Positions 57,804 through 64,000 of a stretch of DNA of 64,000 nt are shown piece after piece. The DNA is taken from contig JAWQFM010000007.1 of the NCBI GenBank assembly GCA_033442325.1, positions 1,940,521-2,004,520 of the forward strand, read 5' to 3'. Source of the stretch: Salpingoeca rosetta. Taxonomy: Eukaryota; Protista; Choanoflagellata. Under the pieces are notes generated by a model. That model saw nothing but the letters and a program-made list of their open reading frames with translations, ran no database searches and was not told where the DNA came from. The translations under genes and the position numbers were made by a program. Positions within the stretch are counted from its first letter, which is position 1; each line of letters begins with the position of its first letter.

Positions 57804-58387
57804 CGCAGACACAACACCACCAGCGCCGTCCACAGACCCTTCACACTCCCAAGCTTTGCAATCCGAGCAACACCCCCTCACTCACCCCCTCACTCACATT
57901 TTCCTGTGCACAACACCGCAACTTGATGATTCCCCAACCCACCTACAACCGCAAACACACCCATCGTCGCCACTCGTGCAGGCTGTCTTGGTTATCTCTC
58001 TGTCCACACAGTTGATGGCCTCGGTGGAGATCATTATTGGGCAGCGCCGCCGCCTCTCGCACATCCACACCTCAAGCTCCCGGTACGTGTGGCGTGCGCA
58101 GGCCCACTGGCAGCCGTCGGCTTGTCGCCAACACTTAACGTGTCACTCTGCCCTGCATACCCCAAACCAACGCTGTCCCGATTATGGCTGCCACATTCCC
58201 ATAGCACTTGCATTACAGTTTGCTTCGCCCAGTCGTTCGTCTCTTACTGCCCCTGCTTCCTTCAAAGGCACCCACACCTGCTCACACACTTACCACCATG
58301 CACACAAACACATGCATATGCACATGCACACGCACGTCCATATCTTCACACGCTGCCGCTTCGATAGCCGCCTGCATACAGCTCGCG

Positions 58388-62416
<4,029 letters not shown>

Positions 62417-62746
62417 CGCGGCGTTGCACCCCCAAGAGAAGCACACGTGTGAATGTGTGTGTGTTTGTGTGTGTTTGTGTGTGTTTGTGTGTGTTTGTGT
62501 GTGTTTGTGTGTGTTTGTTTACTTGTGTGTTTGTTTACTTGTGTGTTGGCGAGGGAGCCAAGGTGGGTAGTGTGGTTGAATTGATTGTGCGGTAGTTTTG
62601 TTTCGTTCATGTCGCGTGTTGCGAAGGTAAAGAGGCACAGAGGTGGTTGGCGGTGACAGGGTGCATGACTGTTGTGTTGTCGTGTGAGTTCATTCGTGTG
62701 CGGCTCTCTTCCAGCGTGTGTTCATGCCATTTTCGTACTCGTTCGT

Positions 62747-62856
<110 letters not shown>

Positions 62857-63443
62857 CCCAGCACTGACACGTCATCTTCACAACCCGTCCCGTTTTGTCT
62901 CGCATTTCACTTGTGTTTTGTGCTGCTGACACCCATAGTGACGATCATGTTTTGTTTGCTGTTTGTTTTGTTCTTCGCACAAACATGCGCGCACCTCTTA
63001 CGTCCACTTCTCTCTGCTGACCACATATACCCTGATCAAGTCTCGAGCGAGACCGCAACTAAGGAACGCGTGCATGTGTTGTGTTGTGTTGTGTGTTGTG
63101 TTGTGTGTTGTGTGTGTGCCAAGCGGATGGTGGCGGAAGCTGTTTAGTGTGATAACAGGGTCAGACGACAAAGGTTGTGATGGCGTGTGGGAGCAAACAA
63201 TCACGACGCAGGCACAAAGTAGCACAACAGGAAGGAAGGGAAGGAGGGTTGATAGCGAGTAAGTTGGGTGATGTTTTGACCACGAGTGTGACGAGAGAAG
63301 GCACACAATGCACAACAGCACCAACACGGGATTCACGCAGAAGGAAGACGGAAGCAGAAAGAAAGGTGGTGGTGGTGGGGGTTGAGTGTTGTTTGGAGGC
63401 TGGTGCAATACAATGAAGTAAGCGGTGTGGGTGTCTGTAGCAG

Positions 63444-63750
<307 letters not shown>

Positions 63751-63887
63751 CTAGAGAGCAGAATGCCAATCATATGTAAGGGTGAGCGATGGGCGAGGGC
63801 AAGAGAGCGACGAATAGACACAAGCAAGCAGGAACGCAGAAAGACAAGTGAACAGATGGGCACAGACAAACACAGACAAAGACAAAG

Positions 63888-64000
<113 letters not shown>

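Overview
This is eukaryotic, intron-rich DNA with GC-rich exons and introns packed with (CA)/(GT), (CT) and (CAA) microsatellites. Gene content and repeat style suggest a choanoflagellate such as Salpingoeca rosetta (inference, not verified). There are two 100-N gaps. Most short ORFs in the track are microsatellite artefacts. By joining GT-AG exons by hand I can support about 14 genes: an SNX17-like PX-FERM sorting nexin (-, 3' truncated), a HET/TIR-like + TPR protein (+), a 2x(EF-EF-WW-like) + coiled-coil + CAP-Gly protein (-), an LGN/TTC28-like TPR protein (+), LLPH (-), an intronless HD-superfamily protein (-), exocyst Sec6/EXOC3 (-), phospholipase C-gamma (-), a CNTD1/COSA-1-like cyclin (+), CFAP418/C8orf37 (-), an intronless low-complexity protein (-), a WWP/Itch-type C2-4xWW-HECT ligase (+), a polyQ two-finger C2H2 protein (+), and the probable 3' end of an EF-hand gene (-). 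The most interesting signals are four. (1) Intron microsatellites are polarised, GU-rich after donors and CA-rich before acceptors that lack a pyrimidine tract, which may indicate structure-guided splicing. (2) A HET/TIR-like-TPR protein is a candidate immune effector. (3) A CNTD1-like meiotic cyclin occurs outside animals. (4) An intronless bacterial-type HD gene is a horizontal-transfer candidate. No RNA genes, CRISPR arrays or recognisable transposons were found. All family assignments come from recalled motifs, not database searches.
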